A stretch of DNA of 63,986 nt, counting the filler. It is 6 parts of 6 records of this genome, joined end to end, with 100 filler letters (N's around TTAATTAATTAA, not from the genome) between each part and the next. Parts side by side here need not be neighbours in the genome. Positions count along the whole stretch, not along the records: positions 17,726 to 24,702 come from DRR723986_1828; positions 24,803 to 31,501 come from DRR723986_1840; 4 more parts are not named here. The stretch is one strand, 5' to 3'. This document shows, one piece after another, positions 18,444 to 28,726 of this stretch; position 1 is the stretch's first letter; each line of letters opens with the position of its first letter. The translations under genes were made by a program, and so were the position numbers. The notes under the pieces are model-generated. The model was not told the origin of the DNA. It did not search any database and saw nothing but the letters and a program-made list of their open reading frames with translations.

Positions 18444-19456
18444 TTTTCCTGCGACAGAGCCGCGCATTTGGTCAGGCGGTCGCGGGCGGCACCAGAATCG
18501 ATGCTGGCGCGGGCCATCTCTGCGCCGGTTTTCAAATCCGCTGCGGCATCGGCAACCACCAGCGCAGCAGCAGAATTCAGCAAGACCGCATCACGGTAGG
18601 CCGTTTGTGCCCCGTCTAGCAATGCGTTGAAATCACGCGCGTTTTCCTCTGGTGTGCCACCGATGATGGCCTCGAAGGGATGCACCGGCAGGCCTGCCTC
18701 TTCGGGGTGCAGTTCAAAATCGGTCACTGTGCCACCTTCCAAGGCTGACACCCAGCTGACCCCGGTGATGGTCAATTCATCGGTCCCGTCCGATCCATGC
18801 ACGAGCCATGCCTTTTCAGACCCCAAGGCTTGCAGGGTTTCGGCCATCGGGCGGATCAGATCGCGGCGATAAGCGCCGGTCAACTGCCGTTTGACGCTGG
18901 CCGGATTGGTCAGTGGGCCGAGGATGTTGAAAATCGTGCGCGTGCCCAGTTCGGAGCGTGTGGGCATCACATGGGCAATCGCAGGGTGGTGCATCGGCGC
19001 CATCATAAAACCGATGCCCGCGCCCGCCAGTTCGCGTTCCACCACCTTGGGACCAACCATCACGTTGATACCCATTTGGGTCAGTGCATCCGCCGCGCCG
19101 GATTTGGAGCTGAGGTTGCGGTTGCCGTGTTTGGCCACGGTCACGCCTGCGCCCGCCACGACAAAGGCCGTCGCGGTCGAGATGTTCAGGGTGCCTTTGC
19201 CGTCGCCGCCGGTGCCGACAATGTCCATCGCACCCTCTGGTGCGGTCACCGCGTTGCATTTGGCCCGCATGACACTGGCGGCGGCGGCATATTCATCCAC
19301 TGTTTCGCCGCGTGTGCGCAGCGCCATCAGAAAACCGCCGATCTGGCTTGGCGTGGCCTCGCCATCAAACAGGATTTCAAAGGCTTCGGCGGCTTGTGCG
19401 CGGGTCAGCGGGCCATTGGCCGCGGCGTCAATCAGCGGTTTCAGAGCGTCACTCAT
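18440..19456 (-). CDS. trpD: Anthranilate phosphoribosyltransferase
   Basis: [23 protein letters not shown] and [13 protein letters not shown] motifs. Confidence 0.97.
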   Translation of the reverse strand: MSDALKPLIDAAANGPLTRAQAAEAFEILFDGEATPSQIGGFLMALRTRGETVDEYAAAASVMRAKCNAVTAPEGAMDIVGTGGDGKGTLNISTATAFVVAGAGVTVAKHGNRNLSSKSGAADALTQMGINVMVGPKVVERELAGAGIGFMMAPMHHPAIAHVMPTRSELGTRTIFNILGPLTNPASVKRQLTGAYRRDLIRPMAETLQALGSEKAWLVHGSDGTDELTITGVSWVSALEGGTVTDFELHPEEAGLPVHPFEAIIGGTPEENARDFNALLDGAQTAYRDAVLLNSAAALVVADAAADLKTGAEMARASIDSGAARDRLTKCAALSQEK

Positions 19457-20034
19457 GCGGGCACCTTCATTTCATTCAGGAAGTTCTGGAGCATCGCATG
19501 CCCATGTTCGGAGCGGATCGATTCAGGGTGAAACTGTACCCCGTGCAAGGGCAGGCTGCGGTGTTGCAGGCCCATGATCGTGCCGTCCTCCAGCTCTGCG
19601 GTGATTTCCAACGTGTCTGGCAGGCTGACCCGATCCACCACCAGCGAATGATAGCGTGTCGCGGCAAAGGGGCTGGGCAGGTCGGCAAACATGCCCTTGC
19701 CCGTATGGTGCATCTGGCCCATTTTGCCGTGCACAATGTCTTTGGCCCGCACCACCTTGCCGCCAAAGGCCTGGCCCAGCGTTTGATGGCCCAGACAGAC
19801 ACCCAGCAAGGGCATTTCCGCTGCGGCGGCGGCGCGTGTCAGATCGAGGCAGATGCCCGCCTGATCGGGGTCACATGGACCGGGAGACAGCAAGATCCCC
19901 GCAGGGTTCATCGCCATGGCCTTTTCCACAGTGATCTGGTCATTGCGCACCACATGCACATCCGCGCCCAAAGCGCCGAGATAATGCACAAGATTATAGG
20001 TGAAACTGTCGTAGTTATCGATAAGCAGCAACAA
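19453..20034 (-). CDS. trpG: Anthranilate synthase component II
   Basis: [28 protein letters not shown] and QFHPES motifs. Probable TTG start at 20034. Confidence 0.93.
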   Translation of the reverse strand: MLLLIDNYDSFTYNLVHYLGALGADVHVVRNDQITVEKAMAMNPAGILLSPGPCDPDQAGICLDLTRAAAAAEMPLLGVCLGHQTLGQAFGGKVVRAKDIVHGKMGQMHHTGKGMFADLPSPFAATRYHSLVVDRVSLPDTLEITAELEDGTIMGLQHRSLPLHGVQFHPESIRSEHGHAMLQNFLNEMKVPA

Positions 20035-20204
20035 TGGACAACTCTTTGTATTGGGGCCGGGCATTAGGGCTAGAGTAACCCCGCCGAGACGGAGTATACA
20101 CGGTGCCATACATGTTCAGGCTTGTCCGCTGGCGTCAAGAGCGGGGCAGCCAGATGAGGACAGAGACCGCATAGCATGTGGTCGTTTGAGCAGGAGAGTG
20201 CGCG

Positions 20205-21704
20205 ATGGCACGGGGATTTCTAAGCGGTGTGCTTTGGGGCGGCGTATTGAGCGTTGGCGTGGCCGGTGTGGCCTCGGTGATGATGCCTTTGCCGCAATCA
20301 CCTGTGGTGGATGATATGGCCCCCGGCGCGGTTGATGCGCCAGTGGCGGATCCCGAAGCGCCGGACACCCAGACCCAGACCCAGACAGACACAGCGCCCG
20401 CATCTGTTGGCACCGCGCCGCTGGCCGCTGCGCCCGACAGTGAAGCGGCGCTTGACGCTGAGGCGCAATCCTCTGCTGTGCGGCCCGAAACCGGCACTGC
20501 GGATGGCTTGCAAGCGCCCGCCGGTGCCGAGGATACAGGCAGCGTGGCGGTTGCGCCCGACGTGCCAGTTCTGCCCAACCCGCAGGCCTTGGCCCCGATG
20601 GCCCCCCCCGCAACTGATGATGTGGCGATCAACACCGATCCCGGCCTGCCGCAACAACCTGTCACCCAAAGCGCCGATCCTGCGCTGTCCACGGTCCCTG
20701 ATGCCGAAGATGGCATAGAGGCACCGGTGCAGATTGGCGATGCCCCGGCGGAGCCTGCCAAACCGGCATTGGCTGGCAACGCCGTGGCGGACCAAGCGCC
20801 CGAAACACCCCAAACGGCGAGCCTGCCCGAAGCGCAGGCACCTGCGGCAGAGCCTGCGGTTGAACCGGCAGAGGACAACATTGGCCGCCCTAGCATCGGC
20901 AAACCCGCGATCTCTTTGACAGATCGCGACAGCGGCGTGACCATCAATCGCGGACCCGCGGCGAATGCGGCGGCGGCGGAAACCGATGAGGTCAAACCCG
21001 AGGTCGTGGCGGATGTTGGGCCTGCGCTTGAGATCAACGCAGAAGCCTTTGAAAATCCTGAAAACAAACCCCTGATGGCGATTGTCCTGATTGATGATGG
21101 CGCAGCGCCAGTCACCGGCGCCGCAGGCATCGCCGCGCTGCGCAGTTTTCCCTACCCGCTGAGCTTTGCGGTCAATGCAAATGCCCCTGACGCTGCCGAA
21201 CGGATCGCGCTGTATCGGGCCGAGGGGCTTGAAGTGTTGATCGAGGTGGACCTGCCCGAGGCCGCCACTGCGACAGATGCCGAGACCCTGCTTGGAACTG
21301 CGCTGGCTGGTTTGCCGGGGGCGGTGGCCGTGCTTGAAGGGTCCGAAACCGGTGTGCAAGGGTCCAAGGATCTGTCCGATCAGGTCACTGCGATCCTTGG
21401 CCAGACCGGGCACGGGCTGGTGACGCAGGACAAGGGCTTGAACACAATGCCAAAACTGGCCCGCAAGGCTGGTGTGGCTGCTGACCCGATTTTCCGCGAT
21501 TTTGACAGCAAGGGACAGACCGCCACTGTGATCCGGCGTTTTCTGGATCAGGCGGCGTTTCGTGCTGGGCAGGATGGCGGCGTGATCATGCTGGGCCGTT
21601 TGCGGGCTGATACGATCTCGGCGCTTTTGTTGTGGGGCTTGCAGGACCGCGCGGGCAAAGTGGCATTGGCGCCCATATCTGCGGTGCTGAGCCGCGAACA
21701 ATAA
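20205..21704 (+). CDS. Divergent polysaccharide deacetylase family protein with membrane anchor and Pro/Ala/acidic linker
   Basis: N-terminal TM, long low-complexity linker, then KPLMAIVLIDD, RRFLDQAAFRA and VALAPISAV. Confidence 0.8.
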   Translation: MARGFLSGVLWGGVLSVGVAGVASVMMPLPQSPVVDDMAPGAVDAPVADPEAPDTQTQTQTDTAPASVGTAPLAAAPDSEAALDAEAQSSAVRPETGTADGLQAPAGAEDTGSVAVAPDVPVLPNPQALAPMAPPATDDVAINTDPGLPQQPVTQSADPALSTVPDAEDGIEAPVQIGDAPAEPAKPALAGNAVADQAPETPQTASLPEAQAPAAEPAVEPAEDNIGRPSIGKPAISLTDRDSGVTINRGPAANAAAAETDEVKPEVVADVGPALEINAEAFENPENKPLMAIVLIDDGAAPVTGAAGIAALRSFPYPLSFAVNANAPDAAERIALYRAEGLEVLIEVDLPEAATATDAETLLGTALAGLPGAVAVLEGSETGVQGSKDLSDQVTAILGQTGHGLVTQDKGLNTMPKLARKAGVAADPIFRDFDSKGQTATVIRRFLDQAAFRAGQDGGVIMLGRLRADTISALLLWGLQDRAGKVALAPISAVLSREQ

Positions 21705-21711
21705 ACGCGGA

Positions 21712-22494
21712 CTATGCGGCCGCCTTGCGGGCGGTGATCACGAACTGGCTGATTGAGAAAAAGAAATGCCCCCTGCGGGCCAGTTCTTCTTGCTCGGCAA
21801 ACCAATCGTCTGCTTCGCCCTGTGAAACATGACCGTTTTCAACGGCGTAGCGTGTCATCAGATGCATCATCATGCGCGCCAGCCCGTCCGGTTTGAGGCA
21901 ATGGTCGGTGGTGGTGAAGGGATGAACCGCTTCGATCCTATGACCGGCGTTTTTCAGCAAAGGCAGCATCTTGTTTGGCAGATCACCGTGAACAAAATGC
22001 TGATCCCATGCGGCCCGCATACGGTCCATACGTTCGGGATGTTCACTGTGCCAGATCCAGCTGCCGAAATGCAGATCGCCGATCACCAGACGGCCTGCGG
22101 GCCTGAGACAACGCATGGCATCCTGCATGGCGGCGTCTAGATCTTCCACATATTCAAAAACTTGCAGCGCGACCGCTCCGTCCACTGCCCCGTCATCAAC
22201 AGGCAACGCACCCGCCAAACCATCGAGAAACGTCACATGAGGTTGTCCGGCACATCGCACGGAGGCGGCTTTGAGCATATCCTGGCTCGGATCAATGCCA
22301 ATGACCCGTCCGGCCGGGCCAGTGGCGCGGGCAAGGTCCAGCGTCAGCAAGCCATTGCCGCACCCGATATCCAAAAGCGTCTCGCCCGGTTGTGGTGATA
22401 GGGCGGTGTAAGACGCCAGACGCCGCGCCGTGATATCGGCCCCCTGGTAGGCGTTTTCAAGAATCCTGGTGGTTTCGGCGTCAAACCGGAGCAT
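21712..22494 (-). CDS. Class I SAM-dependent methyltransferase
   Basis: LLDIGCGNG, GIDPS, LRPAGRL motifs. Confidence 0.85.
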   Translation of the reverse strand: MLRFDAETTRILENAYQGADITARRLASYTALSPQPGETLLDIGCGNGLLTLDLARATGPAGRVIGIDPSQDMLKAASVRCAGQPHVTFLDGLAGALPVDDGAVDGAVALQVFEYVEDLDAAMQDAMRCLRPAGRLVIGDLHFGSWIWHSEHPERMDRMRAAWDQHFVHGDLPNKMLPLLKNAGHRIEAVHPFTTTDHCLKPDGLARMMMHLMTRYAVENGHVSQGEADDWFAEQEELARRGHFFFSISQFVITARKAAA

Positions 22495-22590
22495 CTTGGC
22501 CCTCCCTTGCGGATTGCTGCTCAGAGTCTAGCAGAAATAGCGGCATGTGGTGAGCTTGGTTGCTGATGCAGCAATAGTGCGTTGATCTGG

Positions 22591-23631
22591 CTAGATAATC
22601 TCATCTTCATCAAACAACGGATCGCTTTCCAATTGTTCTGCAAGATCCTCAACCGTGTCTGCATTGGCACGGGGGCTAAGCTGCGCCAAATGAAACACGG
22701 CATCGCCTTCATTCACCACCGGCAGGATCGCACGGCCGATCAGGATGCCAGCGGAGGGGGCGATCAGATCAGCCTCCACATCGCCAAACGGATCGGACAC
22801 CGTGGCAAGCACATCGCCTTCGGCGACGGTTTCACCCTCGGCGCGGAAGGTGCGCAGCAGCCCGCCCGCAGGGGCGCGCAGCCATGTGGAAGAGGTGCAG
22901 ATATGGGGCGCACTCTTGGCCTTGGCGATGCCTTTGGCGGGCAACATATCGCGCCCGCGCATGACCCGCAGGATACCGGCCACCCCGGCCCGCACGGCCA
23001 TCTCGTCAAATCGCAACCCTTCGCCTGCCTCATACAGCAAAATGGGTGTGCCGTGTTTGGCTGCCACGGCCCGCAACGACCCGTCCCGCAGTGGCGAGGT
23101 CAGCACCACGGGGGCGCCAAAATCCAGCGCCATGGCAGCGGTCACCTTGTCCGAAGGGGAAACCCGCACCTGCGGCAGGTTGGTGCGGTGGATCGCAGCT
23201 GAATGCAGATCAATTCCGAAATCGCAGCGCAGGACGACCTCTTGCAAGAAGATATGCGCCAGCCGTGACCCGAGCGAGCCAGAAGGATGGCCCGGAAAAC
23301 ACCGGTTCAGATCGCGCCGGTCGGGCAGATAGCGCGAACGGGATAGAAACCCGTAGGAGTTGACCACCGGCACCACCAAAAGGGTGCCGCGCAGGGACTT
23401 GAGCTGTGGCGCGCGCAACAGGCGGCGCACGATCTCAACGCCGATCACTTCATCGCCGTGCACCGCCGCACTCACACACATGGTGGGGCCGGGGCGTTTG
23501 CCGTGGTGGACCTGCACCGCAAGACCAACGGGGGTGTGATCGGGCAGGATCGAGACGGGCAGGGTGACAGTTTGGGAGGTGCCGGGGGCAACCGAGATGT
23601 CGCCTATCGAAAAGGGTGCACGTGCCGCCAT
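22591..23631 (-). CDS. Succinylglutamate desuccinylase/aspartoacylase (M14) family protein
   Basis: AAVHGDE, RRDLNRCFPG, IDLHS and YEAGE motifs. Start at ATG 23631. Confidence 0.88.
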   Translation of the reverse strand: MAARAPFSIGDISVAPGTSQTVTLPVSILPDHTPVGLAVQVHHGKRPGPTMCVSAAVHGDEVIGVEIVRRLLRAPQLKSLRGTLLVVPVVNSYGFLSRSRYLPDRRDLNRCFPGHPSGSLGSRLAHIFLQEVVLRCDFGIDLHSAAIHRTNLPQVRVSPSDKVTAAMALDFGAPVVLTSPLRDGSLRAVAAKHGTPILLYEAGEGLRFDEMAVRAGVAGILRVMRGRDMLPAKGIAKAKSAPHICTSSTWLRAPAGGLLRTFRAEGETVAEGDVLATVSDPFGDVEADLIAPSAGILIGRAILPVVNEGDAVFHLAQLSPRANADTVEDLAEQLESDPLFDEDEII

Positions 23632-23684
23632 CGTTTTTGTCCTATTCACCTGAAACTGGATTGTGCTGTTGCATAGATTGGGCC

Positions 23685-23743
23685 CCGGATCGCCCGGCGA
23701 TCCGGTTCGCGCCCGACCCCGCCCCCCAGGGCGGGCGCGAACC
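23685..23743. repeat. Paired GC-rich hairpins (REP-like) downstream of trpE
   Basis: CCGGATCGCC-C-GGCGATCCGG (23685-23705) and GGTTCGCGCCCG...CGGGCGCGAACC (23704-23743). Confidence 0.55.
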
Positions 23744-23781
23744 TTGCGGTGGTCCATGTGCGGCGCCGCAAGATCAAGGCG

Positions 23782-24702
23782 TCAATTCCGCCCCTTGCCA
23801 TCAAAGCGGGCCGCATCTGCCGCTGCGCGGCGGATGGCACCGGATTTGTGTACGGTTTCCATGAACTCCGCCTCTGGGTCGCTGTCATAGACCACGCCGC
23901 CTCCGGCCTGGATATACAGCGTTTCGTCCTTGATGACGGCTGTGCGCAGGGCGATGCACATGTCCATATCTCCGCCCGCGCTGAAATAGCCGACGCCGCC
24001 GCCGTAGACACCGCGCTTTTCCGGCTCCAGCTCATCAATGATCTCCATCGCGCGGACTTTGGGTGCGCCGGACACCGTGCCGGCTGGCATTCCGGCAAAG
24101 AAAGCATCAAGCGCATCACAGCCTTCTTTCAGCTCTCCCACCACGTTCGAAACGATGTGCATCACATGGCTGTAACGCTCAACGATGAACTCTTCGGTGG
24201 GGCGCACAGTGCCGATCTTGGCCACCCGGCCCACGTCGTTGCGGCCCAGATCCAGCAGCATCAGATGCTCTGCCAACTCCTTTTCATCGGCCAGCAATTC
24301 GGCCTCCAGTGCGCGGTCCTCTTCGGGGGTTTCGCCGCGGCGGCGTGTGCCTGCGATGGGGCGGATTGTGACCTCGTTGCCGAACACCCGCACAAGGATC
24401 TCCGGCGAGGCGCCAACGACATGGAAGCCGCCGAAGTTGAAATAAAACATGAAAGGTGACGGATTGGTGCGCCGCAAAGACCGATAAAGAGAGAAGGGCG
24501 GCTGGGTGAACCCTTGGGCCCAGCGTTGGCTTGGCACCACCTGAAAAATATCGCCAGCGACGATGTATTCACGGGCCTTTTCGACGGCGGATTTATATCC
24601 CTCGCGGGTGAAGTTGGACACTGGCGCTGCATCCTCGCCTGCATCGCCCAGATCGCGGGAGGCGCCGGGCATGGCGCGTTCCAGATCGCGCACCGCATCC
24701 AT
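23782..24702 (-). CDS. trpE: Anthranilate synthase component I, 5'-truncated
   Basis: [40 protein letters not shown] and QAGGG motifs. Confidence 0.96.
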   Translation of the reverse strand: MDAVRDLERAMPGASRDLGDAGEDAAPVSNFTREGYKSAVEKAREYIVAGDIFQVVPSQRWAQGFTQPPFSLYRSLRRTNPSPFMFYFNFGGFHVVGASPEILVRVFGNEVTIRPIAGTRRRGETPEEDRALEAELLADEKELAEHLMLLDLGRNDVGRVAKIGTVRPTEEFIVERYSHVMHIVSNVVGELKEGCDALDAFFAGMPAGTVSGAPKVRAMEIIDELEPEKRGVYGGGVGYFSAGGDMDMCIALRTAVIKDETLYIQAGGGVVYDSDPEAEFMETVHKSGAIRRAAADAARFDGKGRN

Positions 24703-24802
24703 NNNNNNNNNNNNNNNNNNNNNNNNNNNNNNNNNNNNNNNNNNNNTTAATTAATTAANNNNNNNNNNNNNNNNNNNNNNNNNNNNNNNNNNNNNNNNNN
24801 NN
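24703..24802. other. Artificial contig spacer
   Basis: N44-TTAATTAATTAA-N44. Confidence 0.98.
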
Positions 24803-24973
24803 AAACTTCACGCAACCATCTCCGTTGATACCCGCGAAGGCGCCGTCGAATCCGTCAACGAGCTCACGGCTATCCTGAATAAAACGGGAACAGTCACCAC
24901 AGCAAAATCTCCCTCCCGCAACGACGCCTGCACTTGCGGTAGCGGACTCAAATTCAAGAAATGCTGCGGCTGA
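24803..24973 (+). CDS. SEC-C (SWIM/SEC-C) metal-binding motif protein, 3' fragment
   Basis: Manual translation ends SPSRNDACTCGSGLKFKKCCG-stop. Confidence 0.8.
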   Translation, partial: KLHATISVDTREGAVESVNELTAILNKTGTVTTAKSPSRNDACTCGSGLKFKKCCG

Positions 24974-25001
24974 GAGTAACCGGGGCATAGGGGGCATTAT
25001 T

Positions 25002-25442
25002 ATGATTGTATGCGGAGTAGAACTGACCGGCAGCGATGCGGTGGTGTGTATGCTGAATATGGACCGGGGCCAATTCAACCTGCCCGACTGCAAAGTACGC
25101 AAACTCTCGCTACCCAAAAACCACAGCCGGGACGACCTGAAAACGTTTCAGGCCACCTTTGCGGCGCTGATGGCCGAGAGCGGCGTGGCCACGGTTGCCA
25201 TCAAGGAGCGGATGCAAAAAGGCAAGTTTGCCGGTGGCGCCATCAGCTTCAAGATGGAAGCCGCCATCCAGTTAATTGCCGACTCTGAGCTGAACGTGAC
25301 CCTGGTGCCTCCGGCCCTGGTTAAATCCACTTTGGCCAACAACCCCGTGCCCATCGCCTTTGCCGACACAGGCCTGAAAGCCTTCCAGGAAAACGCTTTT
25401 ATTACCGCCTACGTCGCCCAACTCAGCGGCACCAACAGATAA
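25002..25442 (+). CDS. DUF3010 family protein
   Basis: CGVELTG and IKERMQKGKFAGGAISFKMEAAIQL motifs. Confidence 0.75.
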   Translation: MIVCGVELTGSDAVVCMLNMDRGQFNLPDCKVRKLSLPKNHSRDDLKTFQATFAALMAESGVATVAIKERMQKGKFAGGAISFKMEAAIQLIADSELNVTLVPPALVKSTLANNPVPIAFADTGLKAFQENAFITAYVAQLSGTNR

Positions 25443-25573
25443 CCGAACCTCCGGCTACACACCCGACACTTACTTCAAGCCCTCCCCAAGTGCCTAATTT
25501 TCAAACCTGAATCATTAGGCACTCTCATATCAATCTGGCTCACTTTTCGGTACTATCCCGCGCCAATTTTTTA

Positions 25574-25593
25574 TTAATTGAACGTTCAATTAA
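25574..25593. promoter_or_regulatory. BetI operator
   Basis: Perfect palindrome TTAATTGAACGTTCAATTAA, 10 bp upstream of a choline-binding protein start; matches the ATTG-AACGTT-CAAT BetI-box pattern. Confidence 0.8.
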
Positions 25594-25603
25594 GGGATGC
25601 AAC

Positions 25604-26551
25604 ATGCGAACGATATTTCTCCTGGTGATGCTTGCGTGGGTCTCAGTTGGGACAAAGGCTTACGCCGCCGGACAGTGCGAGCAGATACAGTTTGGCATTG
25701 TGGATTGGACAGACGTGAAAGCGACCACCGCCGTGGCGTCGGAACTCTTGCAGGCGCTGGGCTACAACGTGGAGATGTCCAGCCAGTCGGTGGCAGACAC
25801 GTACCATGGAATGGCCAATGGCGACATCGACGTGTTCCTTGGCAACTGGATGCCGAGTATGGCGCCCGTGGCCGATCCACTGATCGAAGCCAACAAAGTC
25901 GAGCGGCTGGGGCCTAATCTTCAGGGAGCCAAATACACTTTGGCGGTTCCTCAGGCGGTCTACGAGGCCGGCGTTAAAAGCTTTTCCGACATCGCCCGAT
26001 TCAAAGACAAGTTTGATCACAGCGTGTACGGCCTGGAGAAAGGTAACGATGGTAATCAGCTCATCCTCGATATGATCGAAACCAACGCCTTTGGCCTGGG
26101 CGAATTCAACCTGGTTGAGACCTCCGAGCGCATCATGCTGGCCCAGGTGAATGGCAAGATTCGCGACAAGGAATGGATAGTGTTCCTGGCGTGGGCACCT
26201 CACCCCATGAACGAGCGGTTTGATATTGTCTACCTGGATGGCGGCGATGAGTACTTCGGCCCGAACAAGGGTGGTGCTACGGTCTACACCAACACCCGTG
26301 CCGGATTCAGCGAAGACTGCGCGAATGTGGCGCAGCTTCTGGAGAACCTGGAATTCTCACTGGCAATGGAAGGCCAGGTAATGGACATGATTCTGAACCA
26401 GTTTGTTCCGCAGGAAAGGGCCGCTCGCCACTGGATGCACCAGAACCCCGACGCTGTTGAAGCCTGGCTGGAAGGCGTGACGCATCGCGACGGAAGCCCG
26501 GCTGACGCCAACGCCATCGCACAGTCCATGAAGCTGACGGTGAATAACTGA
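25604..26551 (+). CDS. Choline/betaine ABC-type substrate-binding protein (ChoX-like)
   Basis: Signal peptide; WTDV..TT, DVFLGNWMP, GAKYTLAVP, GNDGN and FLAWAPHPMN motifs. Confidence 0.88.
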   Translation: MRTIFLLVMLAWVSVGTKAYAAGQCEQIQFGIVDWTDVKATTAVASELLQALGYNVEMSSQSVADTYHGMANGDIDVFLGNWMPSMAPVADPLIEANKVERLGPNLQGAKYTLAVPQAVYEAGVKSFSDIARFKDKFDHSVYGLEKGNDGNQLILDMIETNAFGLGEFNLVETSERIMLAQVNGKIRDKEWIVFLAWAPHPMNERFDIVYLDGGDEYFGPNKGGATVYTNTRAGFSEDCANVAQLLENLEFSLAMEGQVMDMILNQFVPQERAARHWMHQNPDAVEAWLEGVTHRDGSPADANAIAQSMKLTVNN

Positions 26552-26569
26552 GTGTTGCAGTAAGACGAC

Positions 26570-26594
26570 AAAGCCCCCCTGCTGGGGGCTTTTG
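26570..26594 (+). terminator. Intrinsic terminator
   Basis: AAAGCCCCC-ctgct-GGGGGCTTTTG immediately after the binding-protein stop. Confidence 0.75.
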
Positions 26595-26653
26595 TGTTCA
26601 TGGAGACTCGTAAGTAAACTCGTTCGTTAACCGAAACGAGAGCCAAAGTTCAC

Positions 26654-27211
26654 ATGGCAAAACCCAAACGCATCTACCTGGCCGGCCCGGAAGTGTTTTT
26701 CCCACACGAAGAACACAACGCCATCGTCGCCGAGAAAAAGCGCCTGCTTCGCGAAGCCGGCTATGAAGGCATAGACCCACTGGACACCGCCCTGACGTTT
26801 TCCGACCAGGAAGCGAAACCGGCGCGCGGCCACCGGATCTACCAGGCCAACCGCGAACTGATGGACAGTTGCGACGCCATCATTGCCAACCTCACCCCCT
26901 TCCGCGGCATCAGTGCGGACCCGGGCACGGTGTTCGAAGTCGGCTACATGATCGGCCAGGGCAAAGCTGCATTCGGATTCACAATGGACCACAGACACTA
27001 CCGTGAACGCGCGGGCGCAGCCGATCGGGATGAACTGGGCCACAGCATTGAAGACTTCGAGATGAGCGACAACCTGATGATTGAGGGTGGAATTCAGGAG
27101 TCCGGTGGCCAGCTACTCGTGGCAGAGCAGCCCGGCGAACACCGGTTTTTCTCGGCTGAACTGTTCCGCCGTTGTGTTCAGGCGCTGATAGACTACTCCC
27201 ACTCCAGGTAA
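26654..27211 (+). CDS. Nucleoside 2-deoxyribosyltransferase family protein
   Basis: IYLAGP, DAIIANLTPFRG, DPGTVFEVG and DNLMI motifs. Confidence 0.85.
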   Translation: MAKPKRIYLAGPEVFFPHEEHNAIVAEKKRLLREAGYEGIDPLDTALTFSDQEAKPARGHRIYQANRELMDSCDAIIANLTPFRGISADPGTVFEVGYMIGQGKAAFGFTMDHRHYRERAGAADRDELGHSIEDFEMSDNLMIEGGIQESGGQLLVAEQPGEHRFFSAELFRRCVQALIDYSHSR

Positions 27212-27251
27212 TACTCACTCGCGCCATCAAGACACAGGTTTAATCCGGATC

Positions 27252-28433
27252 ATGATCAAAGCCTTTGCCGTTTCCAACTATCGCAGCCTCAGAGACGTGG
27301 TCGCGCCGCTGGCGGGCCTGAACGTTGTTACCGGTCCAAACGGCTGTGGCAAATCAAACCTCTATAAATCGTTGCGCCTGCTGGCGGAAACGGCAAAAGG
27401 CAACCTGATTTCCTCCCTGGCGGAAGAAGGCGGCCTGGACTACACCTTCTGGGCAGGGCCCGGCCAGTTCTCAAAGGAGATGCGGGACGGCTCAGCGCCC
27501 GTTCAGGGGACCGCCGGGAACACCCCATCCCGCCTACGGCTGGGGTTTGCCGGCGAAGAATTCGGCTACGCGATTTCTCTTGGGATTCCGGCCTCTACGG
27601 GGTTTGCAGGTTATCAGGAACCCAGCATGTTCCAGCTCGACCCTGAAATAAAACGCGAATGTATCTGGGTGGGTGATGTCTGCCGCCCAAGCAGTTGTCT
27701 GATTGATCGCGTCGGGCCGGTTGTCAAAGTACGTTCAGGGCGGAAATGGGAGGTCTACGACACCCGGCTAAACACCTATGAGAGCATTCTGAGCGAGATC
27801 AGTGATCCTGTGGCTGTGCCTGAAGTCCATGCCGTCCGGCAGGCCATCAGGCAGTGGCGCTTTTACGATCAGTTCCGCACCGATCAACACTCCAGCATCC
27901 GGACCCCGCAAATCGGGACCCGTACCCCGGTGCTGGACCACAATGGCCATAACCTGGTTGCAGCCCTGCGTACCATTCACGAAATCGGCGACCGGGAGGG
28001 CCTGCACAGCGCTATTGAAGATGCCTTTCCCGGAGCGAGGCTCGGGTTCAGCACAGACGCAGGTAACCGTTTCGTCCTGGCATTTGAGCAGGCCGGCCTT
28101 CTCCGCCCCCTGAATCAGGCCGAGCTTTCTGATGGCACCCTTCGCTACCTGCTGTTGGTTGCCGCGCTGCTCACACCCCGCCCGCCATCACTACTGGTGC
28201 TGAACGAACCAGAAACAAGCCTGCATCCCGACTTGCTTCCAGCCCTCGGCCGACTGATCATTCGCGCCTCGCGGGAAACCCAGGTGTGGGTTGTTTCCCA
28301 TGCCCCTCGACTGGTAGCCGCTCTGGAAGCAGACGACGATTGCCATTCCATCGCACTGAACAAAGAGCTGGGTGAAACCCGCATTCTTGGCCAGGGGCTT
28401 CTGGACGCGCCCCCCTGGAACTGGATGGATTGA
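27252..28433 (+). CDS. RecF/SMC-like ABC-class ATPase (AAA_21 type)
   Basis: NYRSL, Walker A GPNGCGKS, signature LSDGT, Walker B variant LVLNEPETSLHP, and VVSH. Confidence 0.85.
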   Translation: MIKAFAVSNYRSLRDVVAPLAGLNVVTGPNGCGKSNLYKSLRLLAETAKGNLISSLAEEGGLDYTFWAGPGQFSKEMRDGSAPVQGTAGNTPSRLRLGFAGEEFGYAISLGIPASTGFAGYQEPSMFQLDPEIKRECIWVGDVCRPSSCLIDRVGPVVKVRSGRKWEVYDTRLNTYESILSEISDPVAVPEVHAVRQAIRQWRFYDQFRTDQHSSIRTPQIGTRTPVLDHNGHNLVAALRTIHEIGDREGLHSAIEDAFPGARLGFSTDAGNRFVLAFEQAGLLRPLNQAELSDGTLRYLLLVAALLTPRPPSLLVLNEPETSLHPDLLPALGRLIIRASRETQVWVVSHAPRLVAALEADDDCHSIALNKELGETRILGQGLLDAPPWNWMD

Positions 28434-28726
28434 CTATTCAGAGAGTCACTAGGCTCCGGACATCACCTCCTGCAGGTTACGCATCAATTCCTCCAGCGGT
28501 GATCTCCACAGCACGCCCCCGTGCGCCCGGAAACACACAAGCGTCTCAGCAGTTACCCTTCCGCGACTGGCCCGGTGGGCAGAAAATGCTCGCTCAACGG
28601 CTAGACTGGGCAGACCGGAGGCGGCATTCTATTGTGCTCCGGCACCCAAAGGCGCCCGGACCAACCACAACAGAGTGAAAACTCACTCAACCCTCTGAAC
28701 CGAATCGATGGAGCCTCGTAAGACCC

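Noticed and set aside
20364-20392. ACCCAG hexamer repeats as a phase-variable tract
   Set aside because: In-frame TQTQTQ within a low-complexity linker; unit changes would not shift the frame.
20135-21701. 331-aa and 467-aa minus-strand ORFs
   Set aside because: Antisense to the deacetylase-family gene; low-complexity shadow frames.
14469-24702. Functional link between the trp genes and the aromatic amino acid decarboxylase (tryptamine pathway)
   Set aside because: They lie on different contigs separated by an artificial spacer.
28430-28726. 82-aa ORF or ncRNA between the ATPase and LOG
   Set aside because: TTG start, no motifs and no structure I can support.
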